Positions 38,862 through 51,557 of a DNA stretch of 64,000 nt are shown piece by piece (position 1 is the first letter of the stretch; every line of letters begins with the position of its first letter). The position numbers and the translations under genes are program-made. The stretch comes from Rotaria socialis (lineage: Eukaryota): assembly GCA_905331295.1 (NCBI GenBank), contig CAJNYD010000020.1, forward strand, positions 62,001 through 126,000, given 5' to 3'. The notes under the pieces were generated by a model that ran no database searches, was not told where the DNA came from, and was given only the letters and a program-made list of their open reading frames with translations.

Positions 38862-39549
38862 CACAAAAAGAGTGAAGCGGATAAATAAATAAATAAATAA
38901 ATAAATAATAAATAGAATCAAATCATATTTCTAATGATAAATGTGTGATGAGTAATTTATTTATATTTATTATCGGCTATTATTATTGTTTGACATGCAT
39001 TACAAATGTGTGCTGCGTTCAAGAAAGTATGTGGGTGTGTAAACACCCGTATCTAGAGGTGGACCATTTTATCTAACAGACCTTAATTAACACAACATTA
39101 ATCAAGTTGTTTTACTTAACGCTAGCATTAACAGTAATGTTAATTGAACGCACTTAATTAACGATTATAATAAATATGTGTGAAATAAAATGATCGATCC
39201 CATTAAACACTATGTGAGCAGTAGTAAATCTAATTGAATTTTATTTAGAAAACATGGATATGTGATTCTCGACGTCCAGAACAGTAATCGAGACCTGTTT
39301 ATCCATAAGAATAGTCTTCATATTCTGCCTATCACTCTAGAAGCGAATCTGTTTTGCTACAGATCAATATTATTTTAAGTTAAAATCATAGCATGTATTT
39401 ATTTTTCTATTTCAATCATTCATATCAAAAACAAAAGTGTCCAGCTTATCATTGGTTCGATAGTTAAGTGGATTTGTTTGTTATTTGCTTTTGAGGATTG
39501 AGATCAGGCGAATTCTTTCTAGAATAAATAGATTCGTTGGGCCAGACCA

Positions 39550-39622
39550 GTTACTATGGCTGAATGGCCAAGACGCTTGACAAATATTCACACGAAACTG
39601 TGCTTGAATCTCGACGCCATCA
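39550..39622 (+). repeat. Degenerate tRNA-like / SINE-head remnant
   Basis: A-box-like TGGCTGAATGG at 39557 and a degenerate B-box GCTTGAATCTC about 45 nt later; no convincing cloverleaf. Confidence 0.3.
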
Positions 39623-42076
39623 ATCATAGAATAATATAGGAAAAATTACTAACGACTATTTTTCTCGTACCACTCCTCCGGTAACACGCGGGCTTCGTTG
39701 AAAACATACACAAAAGACTATTGTAATATGTAGTTAGCCAGTATGCATGGAAAGTTTAAGTGATTAAGCGGATCGAACTTTGAGTTATGCTGACCTTCCG
39801 CCCAAATCTAAAGCGAGTAATAGTTGTTGGAAAGAATTTGACTTTCGAAACTGTCTTTGGGCAGTATTGTGCACTCTAAAATAAAAACAAGTACGATACC
39901 CAACTTAAAAGGATTCAGTCAAGAGTACAAGACCTAAAAGAGTTGTTCCGGTGGCCCCCGGGAAGAAGCTTTTTGACGGTTTTGCAAAAACCATAAAAAG
40001 GTTTCTCACGAAGGTACAAATTCTAAGGATTCAGCTGTGGATGTTACTATGTCTCGTTACGAAAACGACTGTCAACCCCGCATACAGCAACAGCTACAGT
40101 CACACCAACACCGGATCTCATGGCTTACGAGCGCGACTAAGTAACATATACACGTTGAGTGTCGACAGAACGCAGCAAAAGATGCCTTAGCCAGTTGAAT
40201 TAAATAAGACATCCATTCTTCATTTTAGTTGTAAAAGAGAGCCCTTCACACCTACCATAGCTCCTGGTAGAAAGAAAAGTTGCCGATTCTTCATGACTCA
40301 CAATTTCTTACTGTGTAGCTGCACTTTGTCTAGCACTAATGGAATTCTTTGAGATGCTACTAAAATGCATGCTTTTCTGAACCTAAAAGAATCCGATGGC
40401 ATTGTAATTAATGATTTTTGAAAATAGATAAATAGAACCCGATTGACTCTACGACTGCTAAATTAGAAAATTCACTACTGCATTGCATTTTCAAGGAATC
40501 ACAAAACAAACTCAAATTTTGACTGTAACCAAAATGTATCGATTGCTTTCATTTCGGCTAACTTGTTATTCGAAATAAAGATTGCGAAAACACCAATCTA
40601 CGTAATGTATGAAATAAGGGAGATCGCGTAGGTCGAAAACTTTCTCATTTCCTCTTTATCAAAGACGATAGAAATTTGCAATTGTAAGAGTTTTGGCGCA
40701 CGGTGCATCGAAGAATATTGATATCTTACTTGGCTATAGAATATGAGTGGTCATTTAGTCTTATTGTACTAAGCAAAGGCAAATGAATCCTTTATCTTTT
40801 ACCTTTCGTATAACGGAAACTAAAGATAAATGGTCACCCCTATGTTAGAGCAGCTTCTAACTTGCCAATCAAACTCAAGTCACTGGTTTCAACAATCAGT
40901 GGTTTTCTAGATATTCTAACTTGGAAAAATCGAAGAATCGTTCTGGGCTCAATCAGCTGAAAACTGCTTGATGATCTGATCATCTACCAGAAAATTGTTA
41001 GATAATATGGTTGATATGGTAAAAGTTGTCTGAAAACTTATCGCTTTAGTCTCTTGAGGAATGAAAATTGTGGAATTCAGTAACTCTATTTGTTGTATAC
41101 TTGAGAGAAAATGTGAAAGCCCTTCAAATAACTTAACAAATAAATCATCCAAAACGATTACAACTTTTTATAGCTGATAAGCATGCTCGTATATTTAATC
41201 AGGTGAAAAGTGTGTCCATGTATTACTATTATTCGAGCAATTTATTAGATTCATTTAATATTGTTAGGCTGAAAATGGTTTTTCTATTGTGAAATGCATT
41301 ACATCTTCAATGCATCCATTCTTTTCTTCCAATCGCCTATTTGACTACCATATTACCTTGCTATATACATTGATTTGATCATTTAGGAAGAGTCTGACAC
41401 ACTGTTACTTGTTTTGACAAATTATAAGATGTGAGTTGAGTTTTTTCTAAACTTGGAATTCAACTATTTCATAATTTTACATGGTGCTCATCCTATTCTT
41501 ACTCTATTAAATGAATAATAGCTTCGATCTACTGAATGACATCTACAATAACACCATTTCGTTGCATTAATTACCAAAACTTGCCATATTTAGACTACGT
41601 AGTTAAGATGTACAGAATTTAAGAATAATATAACCATTGTGATTGCTTACGCGTCTTTTCCCTGTGCTATATAAATCTGCCCAATAATCTTCAACTTTGT
41701 TCTCTTCGTCTCATTAGCCATGGCTAGAACGAAGAGGACGTTGCGAGAACCTCGATTTAAACCGACAAAAGTGTATATTCTCTTCGAAAGTATACAGGAG
41801 TTTAATCAAATCTGCTTCTTTGCTGTAAAATGGTGAAATAAATTCTGCTGCTTAATGAAAACTGCCAAAAAACTACTTAACTACTTCTAACCCATGAAAT
41901 GTATTCGATCAAGCATGATAAGAAGAATAGACATGCATTTCTTAGGTGTTTCATTCCATGTGATTCTGAGTGATTTCGATGATTCTATCACCATAGAATC
42001 AGTCCCTCCCCCTTGGAAATATTTGTTCTTTTAATTCCATGACAACAAAGATACAATTCTTCTCATATAAGGTGAT

Positions 42077-42768
42077 TCAATGTAACCTTTCAATCTCTAT
42101 TCAAATCTGCCGTTAAACTGTGGAAAAAGCACTGACAACTATAAAAAAATCTCAGGAATACTCTGCTCGAGACAAGATATTATGGCTTTGGGATAAATTT
42201 CTAGCAGATTTTGATCAGAGAAGTATCAGCTGGGTGAAAACCAATATGACACTCTGAATCAGCCTTAAAAATTGAGTAGATCTAGATGAATATCGAATAT
42301 TTTTCTGAACTTCGTCTTTCGACTAAAAATTCACTTGTGGTACCCCTCAGTGATCAGTCAAAAAATGAACTTAAGCAAAATATTGTTCTTATGGTTTAGC
42401 TATGTGCCAATTAGAATTTTACTATCATTTTATAGCCTTAGAAGCTGATTCACACTATTTAAATAACTTCTTAATGAAGCTCATTTTTTACTGATTCATG
42501 AGGAGTACCAGGGATGAATTATTCGACAAAAACAAAACGTTCGCAAAATGATTTGAGATTTATGCAGATTTACTCAGCTTTTAAGACTGATTCAGAATAT
42601 CATATTGGTTTTTATCCAACTGATACTTTTATGATCAAAATCTACTAGAAACCCCCTAAAAATAAAATCTTATCTTGAGTAGAGTATTCTTGAAATTTCT
42701 TTTGGTAACCAGTGTTTTTTTTCATAGTTTAACAACAGATTGGGATCAAACTTGAAAATTTACATTGA
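42077..42768. repeat. Long imperfect inverted repeat (foldback/MITE relic), ~295-bp arms
   Basis: 42077-42372 aligns with the reverse complement of 42477-42768 (for example AAAACCAATATGACACTCTGAATCAG vs CTGATTCAGAATATCATATTGGTTTT). Confidence 0.8.
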
Positions 42769-43123
42769 AATTCCATAATTACATTGATGTTGAAAACTGT
42801 TCACTGTACTATAAGAGCACTTTAATAGGGTCCACTCCAGAAACTGTTTTTTCAAACATTTTACAGATTAAATCATGCGATATAGGATGGCCAAAAGCCA
42901 GATTTGGACCCTAAAATCAAAGTATAAGTTAAACTCGAAATTCAAGCCAGTATAAATTCTGGAGAATCGCGATGAGGATATGTGTAATCAGAATGGCTGA
43001 CTTGCTATTTGTAACAACTTTAANNNNNNNNNNNNNNNNNNNNNNNNNNNNNNNNNNNNNNNNNNNNNNNNNNNNNNNNNNNNNNNNNNNNNNNNNNNNN
43101 NNNNNNNNNNNNNNNNNNNNNNN

Positions 43124-43201
43124 CTGTGACAGGCCAGGCCTCAAGGTCATGGCCTGTGCCTGTCACAGGCAGGCAGGCCTAGTGGCCTGGTTGATGCTCT
43201 G
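43124..43201. mobile_element. GC-rich end of a probable DNA transposon (hAT-like) next to an assembly gap
   Basis: Repeated CAGGC/GCCTG subterminal motifs ending ...TTGATGCTCTG, followed by an abrupt return to AT-rich DNA; the other end is lost in the N gap 43024-43123. Confidence 0.4.
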
Positions 43202-44635
43202 GTGCACATACACTTCATTATTACTTGGATCACAAAAAAGACGAAATTACGATTGATTAACTACTTTTTTTCTTCTATTGTTTCTAAACATATAGTGACA
43301 AAAATCTCTCCTGTTCATTCGTATTAGTAAAAGAATCTTATTTTTGACAACATTTGAGACTTTTCGCTTAATTTTGTCTGATCTAATTTTCTTATTCGAT
43401 TTCTTTAATAGTTATTTATTTACTCTTAGAAAATTGTCTAGTTTGCTTTTTAGAGAGTTATCTATGCGATAGCCTTCTTTGTAACATTTTGCTACCCAAC
43501 CCGACGAATTATATAAATATTGTTTTGACATAAGTTCAAAATATCACGATTTGTCAATAGAAGTTTTTACCTTAGTTATCGGCAAACATACTAAACAACT
43601 GAAGATTACGATTTCAAAGCAAATTCTCCTGATTTGAGAACAGGTTTTAAATCTTCTAAATGCGGAAATACTATGTTGAAGTTAGTTTTTCTTAAATTTG
43701 TTCAATTAGAAATCTTCAAAAGAGTAAATTTAGGATTTTTTCTATCGTGTTTATTGACTAAAGTTGTAATTTTAAGAGGAATCTATAAATAAATTGAGCT
43801 CATACAAAAAATTCGATCGATGAAATCAATTAATTATTAGATGTTTGCCACACATAAACAGAATAAATTGAATGTGTTTTTTGTTAAACAATTCAACATT
43901 TTTTGATATTAATTCATTTTTTTACGAATTTTCGATTTGAAAGTTCGAGTTTAATAAGTCTTTTTAATTTGTTAACATATTTTACAAGAAATAAATTGAA
44001 AATTAACTTGAATTTCGTTAAAGTAGATCTTTTTTTTTGTATAAAATAGACTCCGACAAAAATGAAATTTGCGTTTATCGAAATGGTATTTTTTCATAGA
44101 ATCTTTCGTATAAATATTCAACATAGAACATAGTTTTTACCGTTTGATGAGAATATGTTCTAGAAATAGAATAAAATGTAAAGAATGCTTTTTCAAAGCA
44201 AAGAAGAGAGAAATAATGATTGTTTTCGTATTTTTTAAACTAATGAAAAGACAACTCAGTTTTGTTATTTTATCTATAAGTGTTAATAAATGACTGGTGA
44301 TAATTAATGTTTATCTCTTTGCAAATGAACAATTTTTCTTTTGAGAAAGATCGAAGAAAAGAAGAAAAAAACGGAGAAGAACATATAGCTAGAACATGAA
44401 TATGTTGACCGATAGACAAGTAACATGTCTTTCTTTTTTCTTTTTTTTTTCGTTAGAAAGAGGAATGCCACTGAGATTATCAGTCAGCTGAATAAGAGAC
44501 TAACAATAGAAAAAAAAGAAAGAAAAATGAGAGCGAGGGAAGAGAGAGAAAAGTTATATTCATAGATTATTGTTTGAGGTCATTTTCTGTCTTGTTATTT
44601 TATTTAAAACATTATTAGAAAAAAAAGAACAACTA

Positions 44636-45256
44636 ATGGGTGGTACTATATCAGATATAGTTAAAGTTGTTGATGATGCTGTTAAACAAATAATATTACA
44701 AATAGATCCATCAATAATCAAATTTAAAAATACAACATTAACAATTCTTGACAATATTGAATCAAGATTTCATGCTAATAGTTCTCAAGCATTATCATCC
44801 TTACGTCAAAATCTTCTTGTTTGGCTATTTTTAACATTAATTTTTTCAATTCTTGTGTTAATTTTAATACGTTATTTAATTGATATATTACATAAATTAA
44901 AATTTGGTGTTTTAACTCGTCAATATTCAACATTATTAGTGTTAACAATAATTATCTTTTGGGTTTTTTTATCTTCAATATTTGGAGTTTTCATAGTTGA
45001 AGATATTGATTGGTCAACATTAAAAATAATTGTATTCAGTTTACTTTTTGTATTTATTATATTATTAATATTAATTTGGTTTCGTTTTCTTTTAATTTAT
45101 CAAAGAAGAATTCGAAAAAAATTAAAAATATTTTTTTGTCAATGGAATTTATTAAAAGAAAAAAATAATCGTTTACAACAATCAACTATGACTTTACATA
45201 TGTTGGCTCTTAAAACAAAAACACTTAATGATCATATTGATCAAATTTTAATATAA
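44636..45256 (+). CDS. Unknown multi-pass membrane protein (~3 TM)
   Basis: Long ORF with an amphipathic N-terminus (MGGTISDIVKVV...), three hydrophobic segments and a basic cytoplasmic tail. No family recognised. Confidence 0.6.
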   Translation: MGGTISDIVKVVDDAVKQIILQIDPSIIKFKNTTLTILDNIESRFHANSSQALSSLRQNLLVWLFLTLIFSILVLILIRYLIDILHKLKFGVLTRQYSTLLVLTIIIFWVFLSSIFGVFIVEDIDWSTLKIIVFSLLFVFIILLILIWFRFLLIYQRRIRKKLKIFFCQWNLLKEKNNRLQQSTMTLHMLALKTKTLNDHIDQILI

Positions 45257-46542
45257 AATAATACCTTTCCTTTTCCTTCTTTAACTTATACGTATATGAA
45301 TATAAACAATTTGCATTTTGTTTTTGTTTTTGTCAATAAAATCATCAATTTCCATTAGAAAATTTATCAGAAAGCAAAATAACTTTGATAAAATATATTT
45401 AAATAGCTGATTGATGTCTAAGGAAGATTAATTCATTGAATTGAATTGAATTGAATTATTTTTACCTAGTTTTTATTAGAGAATAATTAGTAAAATTTTC
45501 ATCTTTTGTTTTATGACAACTATGGAAATTGTTAGATCTAAGTCGAACAGAAGATTTTACTTGAAACAGTACGATATAAAACATTGAATAATGGTTTATT
45601 ATATTGATTAATTTCGTGTTATTTGTTAAATTAGAATAATAAAAATAGACTTCTATGAAAAAGGGTAAGAAAAAAAATGAGTAAAATCTGCTTACTGTTT
45701 TCTTAATTATTTTGAAATATTTTACGATTAGAGTAATTCGTTTGAATGATCACTTTTTTGAGAATATTTTTCATAGTGAGACAACATCAATATTCAGACG
45801 TTTGAAAAAGAAGTTTCTCAGCTTTTTAATAGAATTGTTGTTTGTTTTATAAATAAATAATTCATTTTGTTATACAATTAAAAATAGTTTATTTTCTTTA
45901 TATTCTAAATAAAAATAATCAAAAATATATATCTCTATCTAAGTCTTCAATGTTGAACATTCCTCTTGATTTAAATATAATAAACAAAATTTATTCAATC
46001 TCTTCCGACCAATAATAATTGACTTCATCATTACATGATTTAAAAACTTGTATTTGATTATTTTTTCGATATTTATTTTAATATTGAATTATATTTGTTT
46101 CTGAACTAAATAAAATATGTATTCTGAACTATTTTCAAATAATTTAATTTGCAAAAATGTATTATTATCTACCAATTATTCAATTGAATCATGTTAATTG
46201 AGATCGTTATTATACAAAATCTCATTCTAGATATTTTTATATGAAACAAAATCTTCAATAATTACAATGCATTATTATATGATGGAAACAAAAAAAATCA
46301 TATTTTCGTTTGTGCTTATCTTTAAAAAAATCTAAATTAAATAATTTTTTTCTTGTCTTCATCAAATTAATAATTCTAAATTATCATAAGATGTAGACAA
46401 AACAATTTATAACAAAAAACTGTTTTTTGCATTGACCTCTTTTTTTTTAATTTTGTAAAAATAAATATTTTATGGTTTTTCTTTATTAATATTTTTCTGA
46501 AAATAAAATAACCATGAACAGGAATAAAGATGAATCAAAGAT

Positions 46543-48076
46543 TTAACGAAGTCGATAGCGAGTATATTGCACAATACCAGCAACAACTGCTCCGACACAT
46601 GCGATTTTCAATGACAATGAAGCATAAGGTAACAATGATGAGCGACCTGTTGGTTTATCGTCGATTGTCCTAAAAACAATATATGTTTAAAGAAAAAAAT
46701 ATGTTTTTTGTTTTTCGAGAGAAATTTTACAAATTCATTAAATGTTGAATATCATTAATAGTTGGTTGATTCCATTGTTTAATAATTCCTTGTACATGAC
46801 CAATTCCAACAACTCCAACAACTGTTGCAGGCACAAAACCAGTTTGATTTGTTTCAATCGGAATTTTTTGCGTACATTTTCTTAATGAATATGATAAAAA
46901 TTGATCACGTTCAGTTACAAATACACGAGATAATTCTGGATATTGGTCACTCATTTCTAATAAGAATTTTTCGAGCATATCTTGTTCCATACATTTTTCA
47001 ACATCTTCATTTCTAAAGAAAGAAATTTTAATTCATTTAATTAATGATAAATAATAAATAATAAATAAAATAAAAACGAACGTTATTTTATCTTTTGATG
47101 TTAATAGAGACCAAACAAGACGAATTTTTTTCCATGTTGATAAAGAATTAATCGCTCGTTTCAATGTTATACCAACTGGACGATCACCAAGTACAAGATT
47201 ACAACCAGGTACTTTTTGAGCCTATTGATTGAAAATCGATTTAATATCGATAGAAAAAGTGAAAGAAATTTGTTTTGTCTTACTTCACGAAAAGCTGTTC
47301 GAAATTCGCCACCAGGTGCCATTCCTAATTGTTTAGTTAGATGAGCTGTCATACTTAATAAAAGTACATGAATAATTCCATGAATAACTCCATTCTAAAA
47401 TAAATTCTTCTTTTTTTTACATTAAAATCAAATCGATTAAATAAAAACAATCTTACAGCTTTAATTATGGTTCGAAGTTTTTCATAATTCATTTCTGACG
47501 CTTCTTTCATCAATGTATTTTCATCGAGTGAAAGAATATTAACCTATTTATGATAGAAACTTATTATTTAATTTAATTGATGTATAATCGAAAAATAAAC
47601 AAAGAAAGACAAATAACATACACGACTTTGACATAGTTCAACCATAACAATATCTGGTTGAGTCAATTGAATAATCTTTATTAAATTATAAATGAATTTT
47701 AATTAAAAAAGAAAAAAAGAAAAGCATACTTCTGCAACTTCACGTTGACTTTTTTCACTGAAAACAAAAATATTTAATTAAAATATGAGACAAAATAAAC
47801 TCGATGAAATAAATCGAGTAAAAACCTAAAATGTGCTGTTCCAACAAGATAAATTGTTCCGTCAGTTGTTTCATCTTTGAGTATTGTTATTGTTTCAGGT
47901 AATTCTGATGGTTGACAATGTTTTCGTTTTGATATTTGTTCTGATTTTGAAAAATCATCATAAGTAGTTATTGTTTTCGATGATTTATCGATTAATTCAA
48001 TATCTTCTTGTTCATTTATTAAATATTCATCGTTTTCTGATTGAAGAATATGTTCTTCAGGAACATATGTATCCAT
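46543..48076 (-). CDS. TRABD: TraB domain-containing protein, multi-exon
   Basis: TIYLVGTAHF, QPDIVMVELCQSR, LGMAPGGEFRTAFRE, LGDRPVGITLKRA, VFVTERDQFL, VVGVVGIGHVQGI; C-terminal TM anchor. Confidence 0.93.
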
Positions 48077-48232
48077 ATCTATAATAAAAGAACAACTTGT
48101 TTTCGTTTTATTCGTTTCAAAATATAACATTTCTTTTCTTTTATTCTTCTATCAAATATTTACAAAAAAAGAAGATATTTCTATGATTAAGAATTTTTTC
48201 TTTCAATCGGAATAAAACTTTGTTTTATTTGA

Positions 48233-51204
48233 TTAAACTCGAGGTTGCAATTGACGTAATAGTTTATTTTCAGTTCTAAGACGTTCGATCTCATCGATTA
48301 ATTGAGCATTTAATGAATGAGATTCAATTTGTTGCATTAAATCATTCTAAAAATTGAAATTTATGATTTACTTTAACAAAAAGAACAACAAAGAAATCGA
48401 TCAATTATCTTACACGAAGTTTTTCTAGTTCAACAATAAAATTCATTTGCATTGAAAGTTTTGTTCGATTGAGATCATCTTTAAAATCTTCACGTAAACA
48501 ATTAACTCGATCATCTAACATAATTTTTAATGATTCATCAATATCACTTGAATTTACATTTGCTCGATCTAACTTTTTTAAAATAATTCATTTATCAAAA
48601 TCATTTTTAAATAAAAATAAACAAAAAAAATACATACTATGACCATTTTCAATTGGAGAACGAACAGAAATACCACATAGTTTAGTAAAATCATCAAAAC
48701 TCATACAATCATTATTGTTAACACTTGATATTGACTAAAACAAAGCATTCAATCACTTTTGGATTTCAATTCTATATTTACCTTGTCTTCGTAGCGTTCA
48801 TTACGTTCTTAAATATAGAAAATAATATAGTTAAAGACATTCAATAAAAATAATAAAACTTACGCTGTCTCGGCGATGACAAGCCTTGAAAAAGGAAAAC
48901 AAAGCAAATTAAAATCTCAGCTTTACTCGTACATCATAACTTAAGAAGAATTCTTCGAAAACTTCTTATTTTTCATTCTTTGCTGTTTAACATAGTAGAT
49001 TATTAAATTCAAGATGATTGAGAAATCAAAGGAGTTTTTTTCTTAATGACATTGATTTATTCATGTTTTTCATTGAAAGAATAATGATCATGAAACAATG
49101 AATAAGTCTTATATATTATTTATATGAATGTTGAATTTATATTAAATTTCGATGGAATTACAATTACTTAACGATCGAATTTAGCTGATAGAAGGATAAT
49201 AGAGAATTATTAATGAAAAAATCAAATAGTTTCGTTATAACAACAATTAAATTTATCTTTATTCTATGAAACAAATTTAAAAAAGATATGTTGTTTAACA
49301 GAATTTCATATAAAATTCAATATGCTTATAGAAATACATATTTTTCTTTGCTTTTTTCTTGTCCGAAAATGATTCTATTAGTTTATATTCAATATTGATA
49401 TCGTTTTCATGATAGAAATTCTATTTGAAGATTAACACTCAGTTGTTCAGTATCATATTTTCTATGTGATTTCTTAGAGAATTATGAAAGACAAAACCTT
49501 CCAATATTGATAATGATAAAATATTAATCAATTTTCATTTTTCATTTTTCAGAAATAACTAATCTTAGCCTTTTTGGGTTTCTTCTTTGAATATCTGATA
49601 ATAATAATCTTAAGAGATTCGTCAATCGTAGTGATAAAATAAAAATACTTAAATATTATAACAAACATAGACATACTTCCATCAATAGTAGTCGAATTTT
49701 CAGTTGTAATAGTAGGTGTATTCAATTTATTTAAAGTTGTTGATGAAAGTGATGAAAGTGATCTTTCACGTGATTGTGCTGTTCGAGGTTGTGTTCCGTA
49801 TGAGCGATTTATTGGCATTTGTTCATCAACAGGTGTTGTAGACTGAATTGATGACGATGATGTATGACGAGAACGTGTTGTTTGTTGAGCAAATGTACTC
49901 AAACTTTTATTTGTCTACATTTATATATAATAATATATAGTTTTTAATTAGATGTAAATTTCTGAAAATACCTCTTGTAAAAGCGTTGTTGGTCTTTGAA
50001 TATTTGTTGTTTGTCCAATATCGAATTTAACTGAATAAACATTTCCATGTTCTGAATTAACTAAATGAGCCAATTTATTTTTTGGATCACGCAAATCATA
50101 GACAGATGCATATTGACCCATTGTTCCCACAGCAACTAATGAACCATTTGGATGAAAATCAACACTTGTCAATGGTGCATATATACTGATGGTTGATAAA
50201 ATCCTTTGATTTAATCAATAATTAAATTTATAACAGCAATGAATGAATAAAATCCTTACTTTTGTTGTATGACATCAAAACAACATAATGATCCATCCAT
50301 ACCAGAAGTAACAAGAAATGCATCATGATGAGGAGAAAAAGCTAAATCAGTTGCTGGAGCTTTATGTGAATGTATTGATATAATTAATTCTTTTAAACGA
50401 TAATTCCATAATGAAAGTAATCCATCATTTGATGTTGTTGCTATCAATTCTTTATGTGGAGACCATTTTATTGATGATATTGAACCAAGCTAAATCTTTT
50501 GTTATTTAATATCATTTATTTCAATCTTTTTAATTAATATCAATACCTTATTTCCATGTTTCATTGTAAATGCAGCAAATGTTTGTTTTGTTAATTGATT
50601 ATAAAGAAAAACATTTCCTTTTCGTGTTCCTGCAGCAACATATGAATCTCCATTACCCCAACACACACATTCCATTGGAGTTTGATCAACACTCTAGAAT
50701 AGAAAATCTTATCATTCAATTTATTGATCTTTAATTTCTAAACTTACATTAAATGTTTGGGCAATTCTTCCTGAATTAACATCCCAAATTTGTGCATGAC
50801 AATCTTCATCGGTTATGCTTAAATATTTTCCTGATGTACTAAATGAAGAACATTGAGCTTTTGTCTAAACCAACAAGTAAAATACAATTAAGAACAAGAA
50901 GAAAATATTTCATGTGGAAAATTCGTTTTGTATTTACAGTCGAAAGTTCAACAGATTTATTTTTTTGTAAATCATATAGTTGTACACGTCCTGTTTGTTT
51001 GTATGTAAAAACAAGATAGTTTGCTAAAAAATAAAACAGGTTAACAAAAAGACGAAAAATTGAATTAATTGTACAATTATCTTTTTTCCAATCAATAGAT
51101 TTAATTATATCTGTTGATGGTACATGATCATGACCAAATTCTTTAACTACTGAATAATTTTGACTATCCCATATTTGTAAAATATTACTGCATGTAGCTA
51201 ACAT
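48233..51204 (-). CDS. NEDD1: NEDD1 / GCP-WD gamma-tubulin targeting factor, multi-exon
   Basis: N-terminal WD40 repeats (SHKAPATDLAFSP, APLTSVDFHPNG...VYDLR), a Ser/Thr linker, and a C-terminal coiled coil NAQLIDEIERLRTENKLLR resembling the NEDD1 C-terminus. Confidence 0.82.
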
Positions 51205-51557
51205 CTTTCTCTATTATTCGTTGTCGATTACTTAATCGATTTCATACGAATTTAATCCAAATCCAAATCCATGGTTTATTGATTTTATTATTTTTGCTAC
51301 GTTTTTGGGAATTGTCAAATTTTATTTCATTGAAAAAGAAATTAACGAAGAAAAAATAAAGATATCTAAAATAAATTCAACTTTCAAAAATTTCAGCGAC
51401 ATCTATAGAATTTTAGAAAATAAACTTTATTGGTGATTTTAATCAAGAATGACCTTCTGTCTTTCCAATTTTTTTTCGTTCTTTCCTTGTCTTTTTTTAT
51501 GTCACATCGGGGAGTTTTCAAAAAAGAAAAAGAAATCTTTTCAATTGTTTAGATCTG

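Noticed and set aside
39550..39622. Functional tRNA gene
   Set aside because: The B-box and stems are degenerate; kept only as a low-confidence relic.
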